DNA of 64,000 bases from an uncultured Lachnospiraceae bacterium (GTDB taxonomy: Bacteria > Bacillota > Clostridia > Lachnospirales > Lachnospiraceae): positions 39,120 to 103,119 of the forward strand of contig CANQEL010000003.1 of NCBI GenBank assembly GCA_947594855.1. The letters are read 5' to 3'. A program made the position numbers and the translations under genes. This document shows, piece by piece, positions 18,189-27,794 of this stretch. Numbering within the stretch: position 1 is the stretch's first letter; each line of letters opens with the position of its first letter. A model generated the notes under the pieces. The model saw only the letters and a list, made by a program, of their open reading frames with translations, ran no database searches and was not told where the DNA came from.

Positions 18189-19679
18189 ATGAACAATTCA
18201 CCAGTAGCAAAAATAGGTATTGTTGCAGTAAGCCGTGACTGTTTCCCTGAATCATTGTCAGTAAACAGAAGAAAGGCTCTTGTTAAAGCTTATACAGATA
18301 AGTATGGTGCTGATGATATCTATGAATGTCCAATATGTATAGTAGAGAGCGAGATTCATATGGTTCAGGCTCTTGAAGACGTTAAAAAGGCAGGATGCAA
18401 CGCATTATGCGTATATCTTGGAAACTTTGGTCCTGAAATATCCGAATCTCTTCTTGCAAAACATTTTGACGGTCCTGTAATGTTCTGCGCAGCAGCAGAG
18501 GAAACTTCAAAAGACGGAGGCCTTATCCAGGGTCGTGGAGACGCTTACTGTGGTATGCTGAACGCAAGCTACAACTTAAAGCTTCGCAATGTTAAGGCTT
18601 ACATACCTGAATATCCTGTAGGAACAGCAGAAGGCTGCGCCGACATGATTAAAGAATTTGTTCCTGTTGCGCGTGCAGTAGCTGCTCTTAAAGACCTTAA
18701 GATTATAAGCTTCGGTCCCCGCCCGCTCAACTTCCTTGCATGTAATGCTCCGATAAAGCCATTATATGACCTTGGCGTTGAGATTGAAGAGAACTCAGAG
18801 CTTGACCTCTTTGAAGCATTTAACAACCACGCAGGAGATTCAAGAATCCCTGATGTAGTTGCTGATATGGAAAAAGAACTTGGAGCAGGCAACAAGAAAC
18901 CTGAGATTCTTTCAAAGCTTGCCCAGTATGAGCTTACTCTCCTTGACTGGATTGAAGAACACAAAGGTTACAGAAAATATGTCGCTATAGCAGGAAAATG
19001 CTGGCCGGCATTCCAGACACAGTTCGGATTCGTTCCATGTTATGTAAACAGCCGCCTTACGGCAAAAGGAATTCCTGTATCATGTGAAGTAGATATTTAC
19101 GGATGTCTTAGTGAGTTTATTGGAACAGTAGTAAGTGAAGATACTGTTACTCTTCTTGATATCAACAACTCAGTTCCTGCTGATATCTATGAAGAAGATA
19201 TCAAAGGCAAATTTGATTATACCCTTAATGATACATTCATGGGATTCCATTGTGGAAATACAGCTTCAGGAAAACTTTCTTTCTGCGAGATGAAGTATCA
19301 GATGATTATGGCAAGAAGTCTTCCAATCGAAGTTACAAACGGAACTCTCGAAGGAGACATCGTTCCCGGAGATATTACATTCTTCCGTCTGCAGAGTACT
19401 GCTGATACCAAACTCCGCGCTTATATAGCACAGGGTGAAGTTCTTCCTGTTAAGACCCGCTCTTTCGGCGGTATCGGCGTATTTGCAATTCCTGAAATGG
19501 GACGTTTCTACCGTCATGTACTTATTGAGAAGAACTTCCCGCATCACGGTGCAGTTGCATTCGGTCATTTCGGAAAAGCTCTGTATGAAGTATTCAAATA
19601 TATTGGCGTTGACGTAGAGGAAATCGGTTTCAACCAGCCTAAGGGAATGCTTTATAAGACCGAGAATCCATTTGCATAA
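18189..19679 (+). CDS. L-fucose-isomerase-family sugar isomerase (substrate uncertain)
   Basis: 496 aa. The C-terminal half (GFHCGNT...FPHHGAVAFGH) resembles the fucose/arabinose isomerase C-terminal domain family. It is paired with a xylulokinase gene. Confidence 0.65.
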   Translation: MNNSPVAKIGIVAVSRDCFPESLSVNRRKALVKAYTDKYGADDIYECPICIVESEIHMVQALEDVKKAGCNALCVYLGNFGPEISESLLAKHFDGPVMFCAAAEETSKDGGLIQGRGDAYCGMLNASYNLKLRNVKAYIPEYPVGTAEGCADMIKEFVPVARAVAALKDLKIISFGPRPLNFLACNAPIKPLYDLGVEIEENSELDLFEAFNNHAGDSRIPDVVADMEKELGAGNKKPEILSKLAQYELTLLDWIEEHKGYRKYVAIAGKCWPAFQTQFGFVPCYVNSRLTAKGIPVSCEVDIYGCLSEFIGTVVSEDTVTLLDINNSVPADIYEEDIKGKFDYTLNDTFMGFHCGNTASGKLSFCEMKYQMIMARSLPIEVTNGTLEGDIVPGDITFFRLQSTADTKLRAYIAQGEVLPVKTRSFGGIGVFAIPEMGRFYRHVLIEKNFPHHGAVAFGHFGKALYEVFKYIGVDVEEIGFNQPKGMLYKTENPFA

Positions 19680-19708
19680 TTTTGCATAATACATAACAAT
19701 AACTTTTC

Positions 19709-19743
19709 AGTACTCTCGGAGGTATTTTACTTCTGAGAGTACT
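19709..19743 (+). terminator. hairpin between the isomerase gene and xylB (weak terminator or attenuator)
   Basis: AGTACTCTC...GAGAGTACT stem, but only a poor T-tract (TTTACC) follows. Confidence 0.3.
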
Positions 19744-19797
19744 TTACCTATTCAGAATTATTTAGAATATTTTTATCAGAAAGGAAAAATTACAAAT

Positions 19798-21324
19798 ATG
19801 AACTATTTAATTGGAATTGACCTTGGAACTTCAGCTACAAAGACCGTTTTATTTGATGAAAACGGTGAAGTTATCGAATCAGCTTCAAAAGAATATCCTA
19901 TGTATACGCCTCACAACGGCTGGGCAGAACAGCGCCCTGAAGACTGGCGCGACGCCGCAATTGAAACAATAGCTGCCGTTGTTAAAAAATCAGGCGTTAA
20001 CGCAGAAGATATCAAAGGTCTTGGCATATCAGGACAGATGCATGGTCTTGTCATGCTTGACGAGGACTGCAATGTAATCAGGCCTTCTATTATATGGTGC
20101 GACCAGAGAACAGCTAAAGAGTGCGACGAAATTACTGAAAAAGTCGGCAAAGAACGTCTCATTGAGATAACTGCCAATCCTGCGCTTACAGGTTTTACCG
20201 CTTCCAAGATTCTCTGGGTACGCAATAACGAGCCTGAAAATTATGCCAGATGCAGACATATACTTCTTCCTAAGGACTATGTAAGATACATCCTTACAGG
20301 AGAATTTGCCACCGAAGTATCTGATGCTTCAGGCATGCAGCTTCTTGACGTGCCTAACAGATGCTGGTCCGATGAAGTGCTTGAAAAACTTGATATAGAT
20401 AAGAGTATGCTTGCAAAGGTATATGAATCTCCTGAAATCACAGGATATATCACACCTGAAATGGCACAGCTCACAGGTCTTTCCACAAAGACCTGCGTAG
20501 TAGGAGGAGCAGGCGATAATGCTGCAGCAGCAGTAGGTACGGGTGTTGTTAAAGACGGCAAAGCTTTCACCACAATTGGTACAAGCGGCGTTGTATTTGC
20601 GCATACAAGCAATATATCCATTGACCCACGCGGCCGTGTACACACTTTCTGCTGCGCTGTACCGGGCGCATGGCACATAATGGGCGTTACACAGGCAGCC
20701 GGCCATTCACTTAAATGGTTCCGTGACAACTTCTGCCAGGATTATATTGCAGAGGCAGAAAAACAGGGCTGTGACCCATATGACCTTATAAATGCAGATA
20801 TTGACAATGTTCCCGTAGGAAGCAATAAAATAATATATCTTCCATATCTTAACGGAGAAAGAACACCTCATCTTGACCCTGACTGCCGTGGAGTATTCTT
20901 TGGTTTATCAAGCATGCACACAAAAGCAGATACTTTAAGGGCTGTTATGGAAGGCGTATCATACTCACTTAAAGACTGCAATGATATACTCATTGAAATG
21001 GGAACCAAAGTAGACGCTATGATGGCATGCGGCGGCGGCGGAAAAAGCCCTATATGGAGACAGATGCTTGCTGACATGTACGACTGCAACGTTATGACAG
21101 TATCCGCAACAGAAGGACCTGCTCTCGGAGTTGCAATCCTTGCAGGCGTAGGAGCAGGAATATATGACAGTGTTGAAGCTGCATGCGACAAAATGATACA
21201 TACCGACAAAGAATGTGCGCCTATACCGGAGAATACAAAAAAATATAATGAGTATCATAAGATATATAAGGCTCTGTACGACAGTCTTAAGGACCAGTAC
21301 AAAGCTCTCGCAGCAATTGATTAA
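19798..21324 (+). CDS. xylB: xylulokinase (FGGY family)
   Basis: N-terminus YLIGIDLGTSATKTVLFDENG...WAEQRPEDW closely resembles XylB. 508 aa. Confidence 0.85.
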   Translation: MNYLIGIDLGTSATKTVLFDENGEVIESASKEYPMYTPHNGWAEQRPEDWRDAAIETIAAVVKKSGVNAEDIKGLGISGQMHGLVMLDEDCNVIRPSIIWCDQRTAKECDEITEKVGKERLIEITANPALTGFTASKILWVRNNEPENYARCRHILLPKDYVRYILTGEFATEVSDASGMQLLDVPNRCWSDEVLEKLDIDKSMLAKVYESPEITGYITPEMAQLTGLSTKTCVVGGAGDNAAAAVGTGVVKDGKAFTTIGTSGVVFAHTSNISIDPRGRVHTFCCAVPGAWHIMGVTQAAGHSLKWFRDNFCQDYIAEAEKQGCDPYDLINADIDNVPVGSNKIIYLPYLNGERTPHLDPDCRGVFFGLSSMHTKADTLRAVMEGVSYSLKDCNDILIEMGTKVDAMMACGGGGKSPIWRQMLADMYDCNVMTVSATEGPALGVAILAGVGAGIYDSVEAACDKMIHTDKECAPIPENTKKYNEYHKIYKALYDSLKDQYKALAAID

Positions 21325-21358
21325 ATTATAATTAATTAAAATATCTTAGGAGGACATT

Positions 21359-21568
21359 ATGGAAACCCAAAAAGAAGATAACGACATAAAAGAAACTTCC
21401 ATTCATGACAGAATTGAGCAGATTAAAGAAACTACCACCGATAAAGACAGGAAAAGTGAAATTGCTTCAAAAATCGCTTTTGGGGACAGTTTCGTCAAAA
21501 TTGCCCTGCTCATCGCCTTCTGGGGTTTCTGGATATTCTGGCTGATTGTTGCCCTTGCCGGCGTGTAA
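21359..21568 (+). CDS. small membrane protein, hypothetical
   Basis: GGAGGA RBS, polar N-terminus, C-terminal TM segment (IALLIAFWGFWIFWLIVALAGV). Confidence 0.5.
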   Translation: METQKEDNDIKETSIHDRIEQIKETTTDKDRKSEIASKIAFGDSFVKIALLIAFWGFWIFWLIVALAGV

Positions 21569-21584
21569 ATTATAAGGAGTATAT

Positions 21585-21767
21585 ATGGAGCTTTCAAAAG
21601 GTGATATTATAAAGTTAAAAAAAGCTCATCCGTGTGGAAGCCATGAATGGGAAATACTTCGTACCGGAATGGATATAAGACTTAAATGCATGGGTTGTTC
21701 GCACCAGATTATGCTTCCGAGAAAACAGGTTGAAAAAAATATCCGAGGCATCAAAAAAAGCACTTGA
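21585..21767 (+). CDS. DUF951 family protein
   Basis: 60 aa. KKAHPCGS..W...R.G.D...KC..C pattern and the conserved position upstream of rpsF in Firmicutes. Confidence 0.8.
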   Translation: MELSKGDIIKLKKAHPCGSHEWEILRTGMDIRLKCMGCSHQIMLPRKQVEKNIRGIKKST

Positions 21768-21869
21768 ATTATTATACACCACATGGTACAATAGTGTCCT
21801 GTGGTGTATATTTTTCCTTGTTCTTCCACTAAGGGGAGAGCCAAAGACCAAAAGGAGGTGCAGACAACT
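21764..21869 (+). promoter_or_regulatory. rpsF promoter (TTGAAT-17-TGgTACAAT) and structured leader
   Basis: TTGAAT at 21764-21769, 17-nt spacer, TACAAT at 21787-21792 with an upstream TG. An ACACCACA...TGTGGTGT hairpin spans the start region. An S6:S18-binding rpsF leader is known in Firmicutes, but identity here is not verified. Confidence 0.5.
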
Positions 21870-22157
21870 ATGAACAAATATGAATTATCCTTAGTTGTTA
21901 ATGCAAAGATTGAGGACGAAGTCAGAACCGCTACAGTCGATAAAGCCAAAGCATTAATCGAAAGATTCGGCGGTACAATTACTGACATCAATGAAGCCGG
22001 CAAGAAACGTCTTGCTTATGAAATCCAGAAAATGCATGAAGGCTTCTATTACTTCATAAAGTTCGATGCAGAACCGGATGCTCCGGCTGAATTAGAACAC
22101 AGACTTCGTATTATGGATAATGTCCTCAGATACTTATGCGTTAAACAGGAAGCATAA
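21870..22157 (+). CDS. rpsF: 30S ribosomal protein S6
   Basis: AAGGAGG RBS. MNKYELSLVVNAKIEDE... is a typical S6 sequence. Confidence 0.95.
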   Translation: MNKYELSLVVNAKIEDEVRTATVDKAKALIERFGGTITDINEAGKKRLAYEIQKMHEGFYYFIKFDAEPDAPAELEHRLRIMDNVLRYLCVKQEA

Positions 22158-22176
22158 GAAATGGAGGTTTCTGATT

Positions 22177-22617
22177 ATGAATAAAGTAATACTTATGGGA
22201 CGTCTGACACGTGACCCGGAAACAAGATATTCACAGGGTGAAAATCAATTCGCAATATCAAGGTTTTCGCTTGCAATAGACCGCAGGTTCAAACGTCAGG
22301 GCGAGCCGGAAACAGACTTTTTTAATTGTACTGCTTTCGGACGTCAGGCTGAATTTGTTGAAAAATATCTCAGGCAGGGAACCAAGATACTTCTGACCGG
22401 ACGTGTTCAGAACGATAATTACACCAATAAAAATGGTGAAAAGGTTTACAGTGTACAGATAATTGCAGAGGAAATTGAATTTGCTGAAAGCAAAAATGCC
22501 CAGTCAGGCGGAGGTTTCCAGACCGGAATGCCTGTACCTGAGCAGGCAGCAGATGATGGTTTTCTTAATATCCCTAACGGAATAGAGGAAGAATTACCAT
22601 TTAATACTACCAATTAA
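22177..22617 (+). CDS. ssb: single-stranded DNA-binding protein
   Basis: [17 protein letters not shown]-fold start and an acidic tail ending EEELPF. Confidence 0.95.
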   Translation: MNKVILMGRLTRDPETRYSQGENQFAISRFSLAIDRRFKRQGEPETDFFNCTAFGRQAEFVEKYLRQGTKILLTGRVQNDNYTNKNGEKVYSVQIIAEEIEFAESKNAQSGGGFQTGMPVPEQAADDGFLNIPNGIEEELPFNTTN

Positions 22618-22646
22618 TATTTTTATTTTGTCAGGAGGTTTATTTC

Positions 22647-22922
22647 ATGGCTTATACAAAACCTGAAAAAGAAGGCAGAACCGACGCTCCTATGAGAAGA
22701 CGCCCTAACCGCAGAAGAAGAAAAGTATGTGCTTTCTGCGCTGATAAAGAGCATACTTTTATTGATTATAAGGACGTGAACAAATTAAAGAGATATATTT
22801 CAGAGCGCGGAAAGATTCTTCCAAGGAGAATCTCAGGCAACTGTGCAAAGCATCAGAGAGCTCTTACCGTTGCCATAAAAAGAGCGCGTCACATCGCTTT
22901 ACTGCCTTATACTCTGGATTGA
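22647..22922 (+). CDS. rpsR: 30S ribosomal protein S18
   Basis: RRRKVCAFC...[23 protein letters not shown] is a canonical S18 sequence. Confidence 0.95.
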   Translation: MAYTKPEKEGRTDAPMRRRPNRRRRKVCAFCADKEHTFIDYKDVNKLKRYISERGKILPRRISGNCAKHQRALTVAIKRARHIALLPYTLD

Positions 22923-22968
22923 TAACCGACGGAGTTATTTAGAATTAAAGAGTTTAAGAATTTTATCA

Positions 22969-23000
22969 GAGGGTATCCCTATGGATGCCCTCTTTTATTA
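22969..23000 (+). terminator. rho-independent terminator after rpsR
   Basis: AGAGGGTATCC/GGATGCCCTCT hairpin followed by TTTATT. Confidence 0.55.
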
Positions 23001-23073
23001 TTGTATGGTTTGCGTTTTACTTTTCCACGTGGTATAATCTATTACAATCTAATTAAAAGAGGTATGCACCATT

Positions 23074-25146
23074 ATGAATAAAGGGAAAATATCCGGTTCA
23101 TTAAGGATTCATCTTATATGGCCGGTAATATTAATACCGTTTCTGGCTGTAATGACAATACATCTGTTTATTGTGGATTTTAAAACAGGGGCAATATCTG
23201 CAATATACATTATATGCTATGCTTTTATTGCCTTGCTTTTATACAATTTTAACAGAAAAACCGTAATGGCAAATCTTATTAATTATGCCATAGCTTATAA
23301 TGATTTTACCAGGCTTATGGTAAAAGAACTTGACATACCTTACGCCACTCTTGATACAGACGGCAACATTATGTGGTATAACGACGCATTTTCCACAATT
23401 ACCGGCGAATCTGCTGTTATTCCCGAACATATATCTTCTGTTTTTCCTGAAATAAGGAATGACCTTTTCCCTCTTACCCCTTCAGACCAGAGTGATGAGA
23501 AGGATATGGGCAGGGAACTGACATTTTCATATGGTAATCTGTATCTGCGTGCCGTTCTTAAACAGACCTCTGTTCATGATTACGACTTTTCTGACGATAT
23601 GGAAAACATATCCCTTTTTGAAAACAGCGATACATTTGTTACACTTTATCTGTACGACGAGACACAGCTTAAAGAGTACGCAGGTCAGATTCAAAACGAA
23701 GACATTGTTATGGGTCTCCTATATATAGACGATTATGATGAAGTACTTGCAAACTGCGATGAACTGACACGTTCACTTTTAATGGCTCTTGTCGAAAGAC
23801 AAATCGCCAAAAATATGCATGACCTTGACGGAATATACAGAAAAATGGAAAAGGACAGATATTTCTTTATTTTCCGTCACAAATACCTGAATATTATTAA
23901 AGAAAACAAATTTTCTATACTTGATGATGTAAGAAATGTCAAACTTGGAAATGACGACATACGCATCACCATAAGCATTGGTATTGGAGTACATGCCGAT
24001 TCTTATGCCAAACGATATGAATTTGCCCGTACCGCTATAGACCTTGCACTTGGCAGGGGCGGCGACCAGGCCGTTATAAAAGACGGTGAAAAAATTATAT
24101 ATTACGGCGGAAGCAATATACAGAAAGAAAGCAACACAAGAGTACGCGCGAGAGTAAAAGCACATGCGCTTAATGAACTTATCGTAGCGGCAGAACAGAT
24201 ATTTATTATGGGACATGCCAATTGCGACGTGGATTCTTTTGGCGCCGCCATAGGAATATACCGCATAGCAAGGGCTCTTGAAAGAAATGCACAGATAATT
24301 GTTGACACCGGTGAAGCTTCGGCCATAAAGCAGTTCCTTAGCAATTATAATAAGAACTCTTATTACGACAAATTTATTATATCTCCTGAGGAAGCAAGAT
24401 ATAAAATGACTCCTGATACACTTCTTATAATAGTAGACGTAAATAAGGTTTCACTCGTGCAATGCCCGCCACTTTTGGAGCAGACGCATAATATAGTCGT
24501 AATAGACCATCACAGACAGACCGATGAACGTATTAAAAACCCTGTTTTATCTTATATAGAACCTTACGCTTCGTCTGCCAGTGAAATGGTTACAGAATTT
24601 TTCAGATATATTAATGACGGCATACGCCCGCGTCCTCTCGAAGCAGACACGCTTTACTCAGGAATAATGGTTGATACAAACAATTTTTCAACCCAGGTCG
24701 GAGTACGTACATTTGAAGCTGTCGCATACCTGAAAAGATGCGGCGCCGATATTACACGCATACATAAACTTTTCAGGAGCGAACCGGATGAATATATGAT
24801 AAGGGCGCGCGCCATAAGCAATGCAAATATATTCCTCGACTCTTTTGTAATAACAACAATTCCGGGAGTCGAAGGCAATACTCCTGTTATAGGAGCAAAA
24901 GTTGCTAATTCGCTTCTTGAAATGAACGGCATTAAAGCTTCATTTGTTTTATCTGAATACAAATCACGTATTTATATAAATGCCCGCTCAATAGACGAGG
25001 TGAATGTCCAGCTTATAATGGAACGGCTTGGAGGAGGAGGCCATGTTTCCTCTGCAGCCGCGCAGCTTAATACAAGCCTTGATATGGCAATAAACACATT
25101 AAAGGATGTTATATCAACAATGCTCAAGGAGGGTGATCTTAAATGA
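23074..25146 (+). CDS. gdpP: cyclic-di-AMP phosphodiesterase GdpP (DHH/DHHA1 with TM, PAS-like and degenerate GGDEF regions)
   Basis: Two N-terminal TM segments, DHH motif VVIDHHRQT, DHHA1 motif GGGGH. Conserved position between rpsR and rplI. Confidence 0.85.
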   Translation: MNKGKISGSLRIHLIWPVILIPFLAVMTIHLFIVDFKTGAISAIYIICYAFIALLLYNFNRKTVMANLINYAIAYNDFTRLMVKELDIPYATLDTDGNIMWYNDAFSTITGESAVIPEHISSVFPEIRNDLFPLTPSDQSDEKDMGRELTFSYGNLYLRAVLKQTSVHDYDFSDDMENISLFENSDTFVTLYLYDETQLKEYAGQIQNEDIVMGLLYIDDYDEVLANCDELTRSLLMALVERQIAKNMHDLDGIYRKMEKDRYFFIFRHKYLNIIKENKFSILDDVRNVKLGNDDIRITISIGIGVHADSYAKRYEFARTAIDLALGRGGDQAVIKDGEKIIYYGGSNIQKESNTRVRARVKAHALNELIVAAEQIFIMGHANCDVDSFGAAIGIYRIARALERNAQIIVDTGEASAIKQFLSNYNKNSYYDKFIISPEEARYKMTPDTLLIIVDVNKVSLVQCPPLLEQTHNIVVIDHHRQTDERIKNPVLSYIEPYASSASEMVTEFFRYINDGIRPRPLEADTLYSGIMVDTNNFSTQVGVRTFEAVAYLKRCGADITRIHKLFRSEPDEYMIRARAISNANIFLDSFVITTIPGVEGNTPVIGAKVANSLLEMNGIKASFVLSEYKSRIYINARSIDEVNVQLIMERLGGGGHVSSAAAQLNTSLDMAINTLKDVISTMLKEGDLK

Positions 25147-25592
25147 AAGTAATTCTTATAAGCGATGTAAAATCATTAGGCAAAAAAGGCGATGTGGTGG
25201 AAGTAAACGACGGCTATGCCCGCAACTTTCTTCTGAAAAAGAAACTGGGTCTTGAAGCAAACGCCAAAAATCTTAATGACCTGAAATTAAAAAATGCCCA
25301 TGACGAAAAACGCAGGCAGGAAATTTACGAGGATGCCAAAAAACTCGCCGAAGAACTATCCGGCAAGTCTGTAACAATGTCAATAAAAACCGGTGAAGGC
25401 GGCAGAGCCTTTGGCTCCATTTCAACAAAAGAGATATCTGCTGAAATAACGGCGCAGCTTGGAATAGATATTGACAAGAAAAAAATGGTACTTAACTCTC
25501 CTATCAAATCAGAGGGAACATTTAATATACCTGTCAAACTCCATCCTGACGTCACCGCAGAAATTAAAGTTATTGTACATGGAAAGGATTGA
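25143..25592 (+). CDS. rplI: 50S ribosomal protein L9
   Basis: MKVILISDVKSLGKKGDVVEVNDGYARNFL is a canonical L9 sequence. Confidence 0.95.
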   Translation: MKVILISDVKSLGKKGDVVEVNDGYARNFLLKKKLGLEANAKNLNDLKLKNAHDEKRRQEIYEDAKKLAEELSGKSVTMSIKTGEGGRAFGSISTKEISAEITAQLGIDIDKKKMVLNSPIKSEGTFNIPVKLHPDVTAEIKVIVHGKD

Positions 25593-25602
25593 ACAGCATA
25601 CA

Positions 25603-26937
25603 ATGGATGAAGCAGTAATAAAAAGAATTATGCCGCACAGTACCGAAGCGGAGCAGTCAGTTATCGGTTCTATGCTTATTGATAATGATACTATTTCCGT
25701 TGCAGCGGAAAGACTCTCATCTGAGGATTTTTATCAGCACCAATACGGCATTATTTTTGATGCAATTGTTTCATTATACAATTCAAATAAATCTGCAGAT
25801 ATTATTACCGTGCAGAATAAACTTAAAGAAAGCAATGTTCCCCCTGAACTCTACAGTGTTGAGTTCATAAGCAATATTGTCGCATCCGTTCCTACTTCAG
25901 CCAACATTCGTTCCTATGCTGATATTGTATTTGAAAAATCCATACTGAGGAAAACAATAAAAGCATCTGACGATATTGCCGCCAGATGCTATCAGGACAA
26001 CGAGGCTGTTGAAGACATAATGGATGATGCAGAGAAAAACATTTTTAAAATTTCACAGCAGTCCCGTAATACCGGTGATTTCGTAAGTATATCCGATGCC
26101 GTTGTCCGTACATTTACAAGCATACAGGAAGCGTCCAAAGCAAAAGGCAATGTCACGGGAATAAGAACCGGTTTTACCGACCTGGATTATATGACAGCCG
26201 GCCTGCAGCGTTCAGATTTAATACTTATTGCTGCAAGACCCTCTATGGGAAAAACCGCGCTGGCATTAAGCATGGTAGAATATATAGCTGTCAAATCACA
26301 TGTTCCCACGGCTGTATTCAGTCTTGAGATGTCGGATATACAGCTTATTAAACGTATGATGTCAATGGATGCCAGCGTAGACCTTCATTCCATTAATACA
26401 GGCGACCTTACCGGAGCGGAATGGGAATCACTTATTGAAAGTGTCCAGAATATTGCTGAATCAAATCTCTTTCTTATAGACAACCTTTCAGGCCTCACGA
26501 TTAATGATATATGTTCAAAATGCCGTAAACTTAAACTTGAGCATAATCTGGGGCTTGTAATAATTGACTACCTTCAGCTTATTGAATCAAACCGCCGTAC
26601 AGAATCCAGACAGCAGGAAATTGCAAATATCTCAAGAGCGCTCAAATCTCTTGCAAGGGAGCTTGACATACCTGTCATAGCCCTGTCACAGCTTAACCGC
26701 GGTGTAGAGACCCGTGAAGATAAACGGCCTAAACTTGCCGACCTCCGTGAATCCGGAGCAATTGAGCAGGATGCGGACATTGTAATGTTTCTGTACAGGG
26801 ATGAGGTATATAATCCTGATAACGATAATAAAGGAAAAGCAGAGCTTATAGTAGGAAAACACCGTAACGGAAGCATAGGTACGGTTAATCTTGCATGGTT
26901 TCCGCAATACACCAGGTTCGCTAACGCGCAGCGTTAA
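25603..26937 (+). CDS. dnaB: replicative DNA helicase DnaB (DnaC in Bacillus nomenclature)
   Basis: PHSTEAEQSVIGSML N-terminus, Walker A ARPSMGKTA, LSQLNRGVE. The start may be 25579 or 25603. The 25471 start in the ORF track lies inside rplI. Confidence 0.9.
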   Translation: MDEAVIKRIMPHSTEAEQSVIGSMLIDNDTISVAAERLSSEDFYQHQYGIIFDAIVSLYNSNKSADIITVQNKLKESNVPPELYSVEFISNIVASVPTSANIRSYADIVFEKSILRKTIKASDDIAARCYQDNEAVEDIMDDAEKNIFKISQQSRNTGDFVSISDAVVRTFTSIQEASKAKGNVTGIRTGFTDLDYMTAGLQRSDLILIAARPSMGKTALALSMVEYIAVKSHVPTAVFSLEMSDIQLIKRMMSMDASVDLHSINTGDLTGAEWESLIESVQNIAESNLFLIDNLSGLTINDICSKCRKLKLEHNLGLVIIDYLQLIESNRRTESRQQEIANISRALKSLARELDIPVIALSQLNRGVETREDKRPKLADLRESGAIEQDADIVMFLYRDEVYNPDNDNKGKAELIVGKHRNGSIGTVNLAWFPQYTRFANAQR

Positions 26938-27111
26938 TTTATCTGACTTTTTTCCCTATTTCATGTCGATAAAATTGTTATGCGCAATTATATTGCATTA
27001 TTATGCAGACGATTTCTTTACACACAAAGGCCGTCAATAGTTGTATGGAATAATTATTATGTTATAATTTAACAAAACTTGTAATATATTTACATTTTAG
27101 GGGGTTGTTAA

Positions 27112-27663
27112 ATGAAACATAATACTAATTATTCAATATCCGATGCATCAAGGAAACTTGGTATTGAGGCTCATGTTCTCAGATACTGGGAGGAAGAATT
27201 AAGTCTTAATATTCCACGCAATGAACTAGGTCACAGATGTTACCGTGAAAAAGATTTGAACACATTTAAACAAATCAGGGATTTAAAAGAAGACGGCATG
27301 TCTCTTCAGGAAATTAAACGCACGCTGAATGGGGAAATGCGAACCCCTAAGCCAATAACCTCTTCTTCTGTGGTAAGTTCTTCTAAAAATCCGGACAAGC
27401 TTGGTCAGTTCAGGGAAATCATGGATTCCATAATAAGCGGTGCGATACAGAATAATAATGACAGACTCGCATCATTAATAAGTGAAAACACATCTGAACG
27501 CATAATAAAAGAAATGAATTATCTGTTCAGGACTCTTGACGAGGACGAGGATGTACGCCTCAGGCAGATTGAAGCAATGATTGAGGCGGTAAATAGTACA
27601 AAAAAAGAAGTTGCCGCCACAAAATCTCCTAAAAAAAGACGTGGTCTTTTCAGTAAAAAATAA
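27112..27663 (+). CDS. MerR-family transcriptional regulator
   Basis: N-terminal HTH YSISDASRKLGIEAHVLRYWEEE. Confidence 0.8.
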   Translation: MKHNTNYSISDASRKLGIEAHVLRYWEEELSLNIPRNELGHRCYREKDLNTFKQIRDLKEDGMSLQEIKRTLNGEMRTPKPITSSSVVSSSKNPDKLGQFREIMDSIISGAIQNNNDRLASLISENTSERIIKEMNYLFRTLDEDEDVRLRQIEAMIEAVNSTKKEVAATKSPKKRRGLFSKK

Positions 27664-27794
27664 ACTTTATTCCTATTGCAAACATTTTATATTAATGATA
27701 TAATATATTTACTTATTCGGGTGTGTAGCTTAAAACAGGATAAAAACTATTATTCATTCCCGAATATACATTAAATTATAATTATAAGGAGGAA

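Noticed and set aside
27700-27794. 5' leader of the Big_2 protein gene with ATTCGGG…CCCGAAT pairing, considered as a possible riboswitch.
   Set aside because: The stem is a single 7-bp pairing enclosing a long AT-rich loop. No conserved riboswitch motif was recognised.
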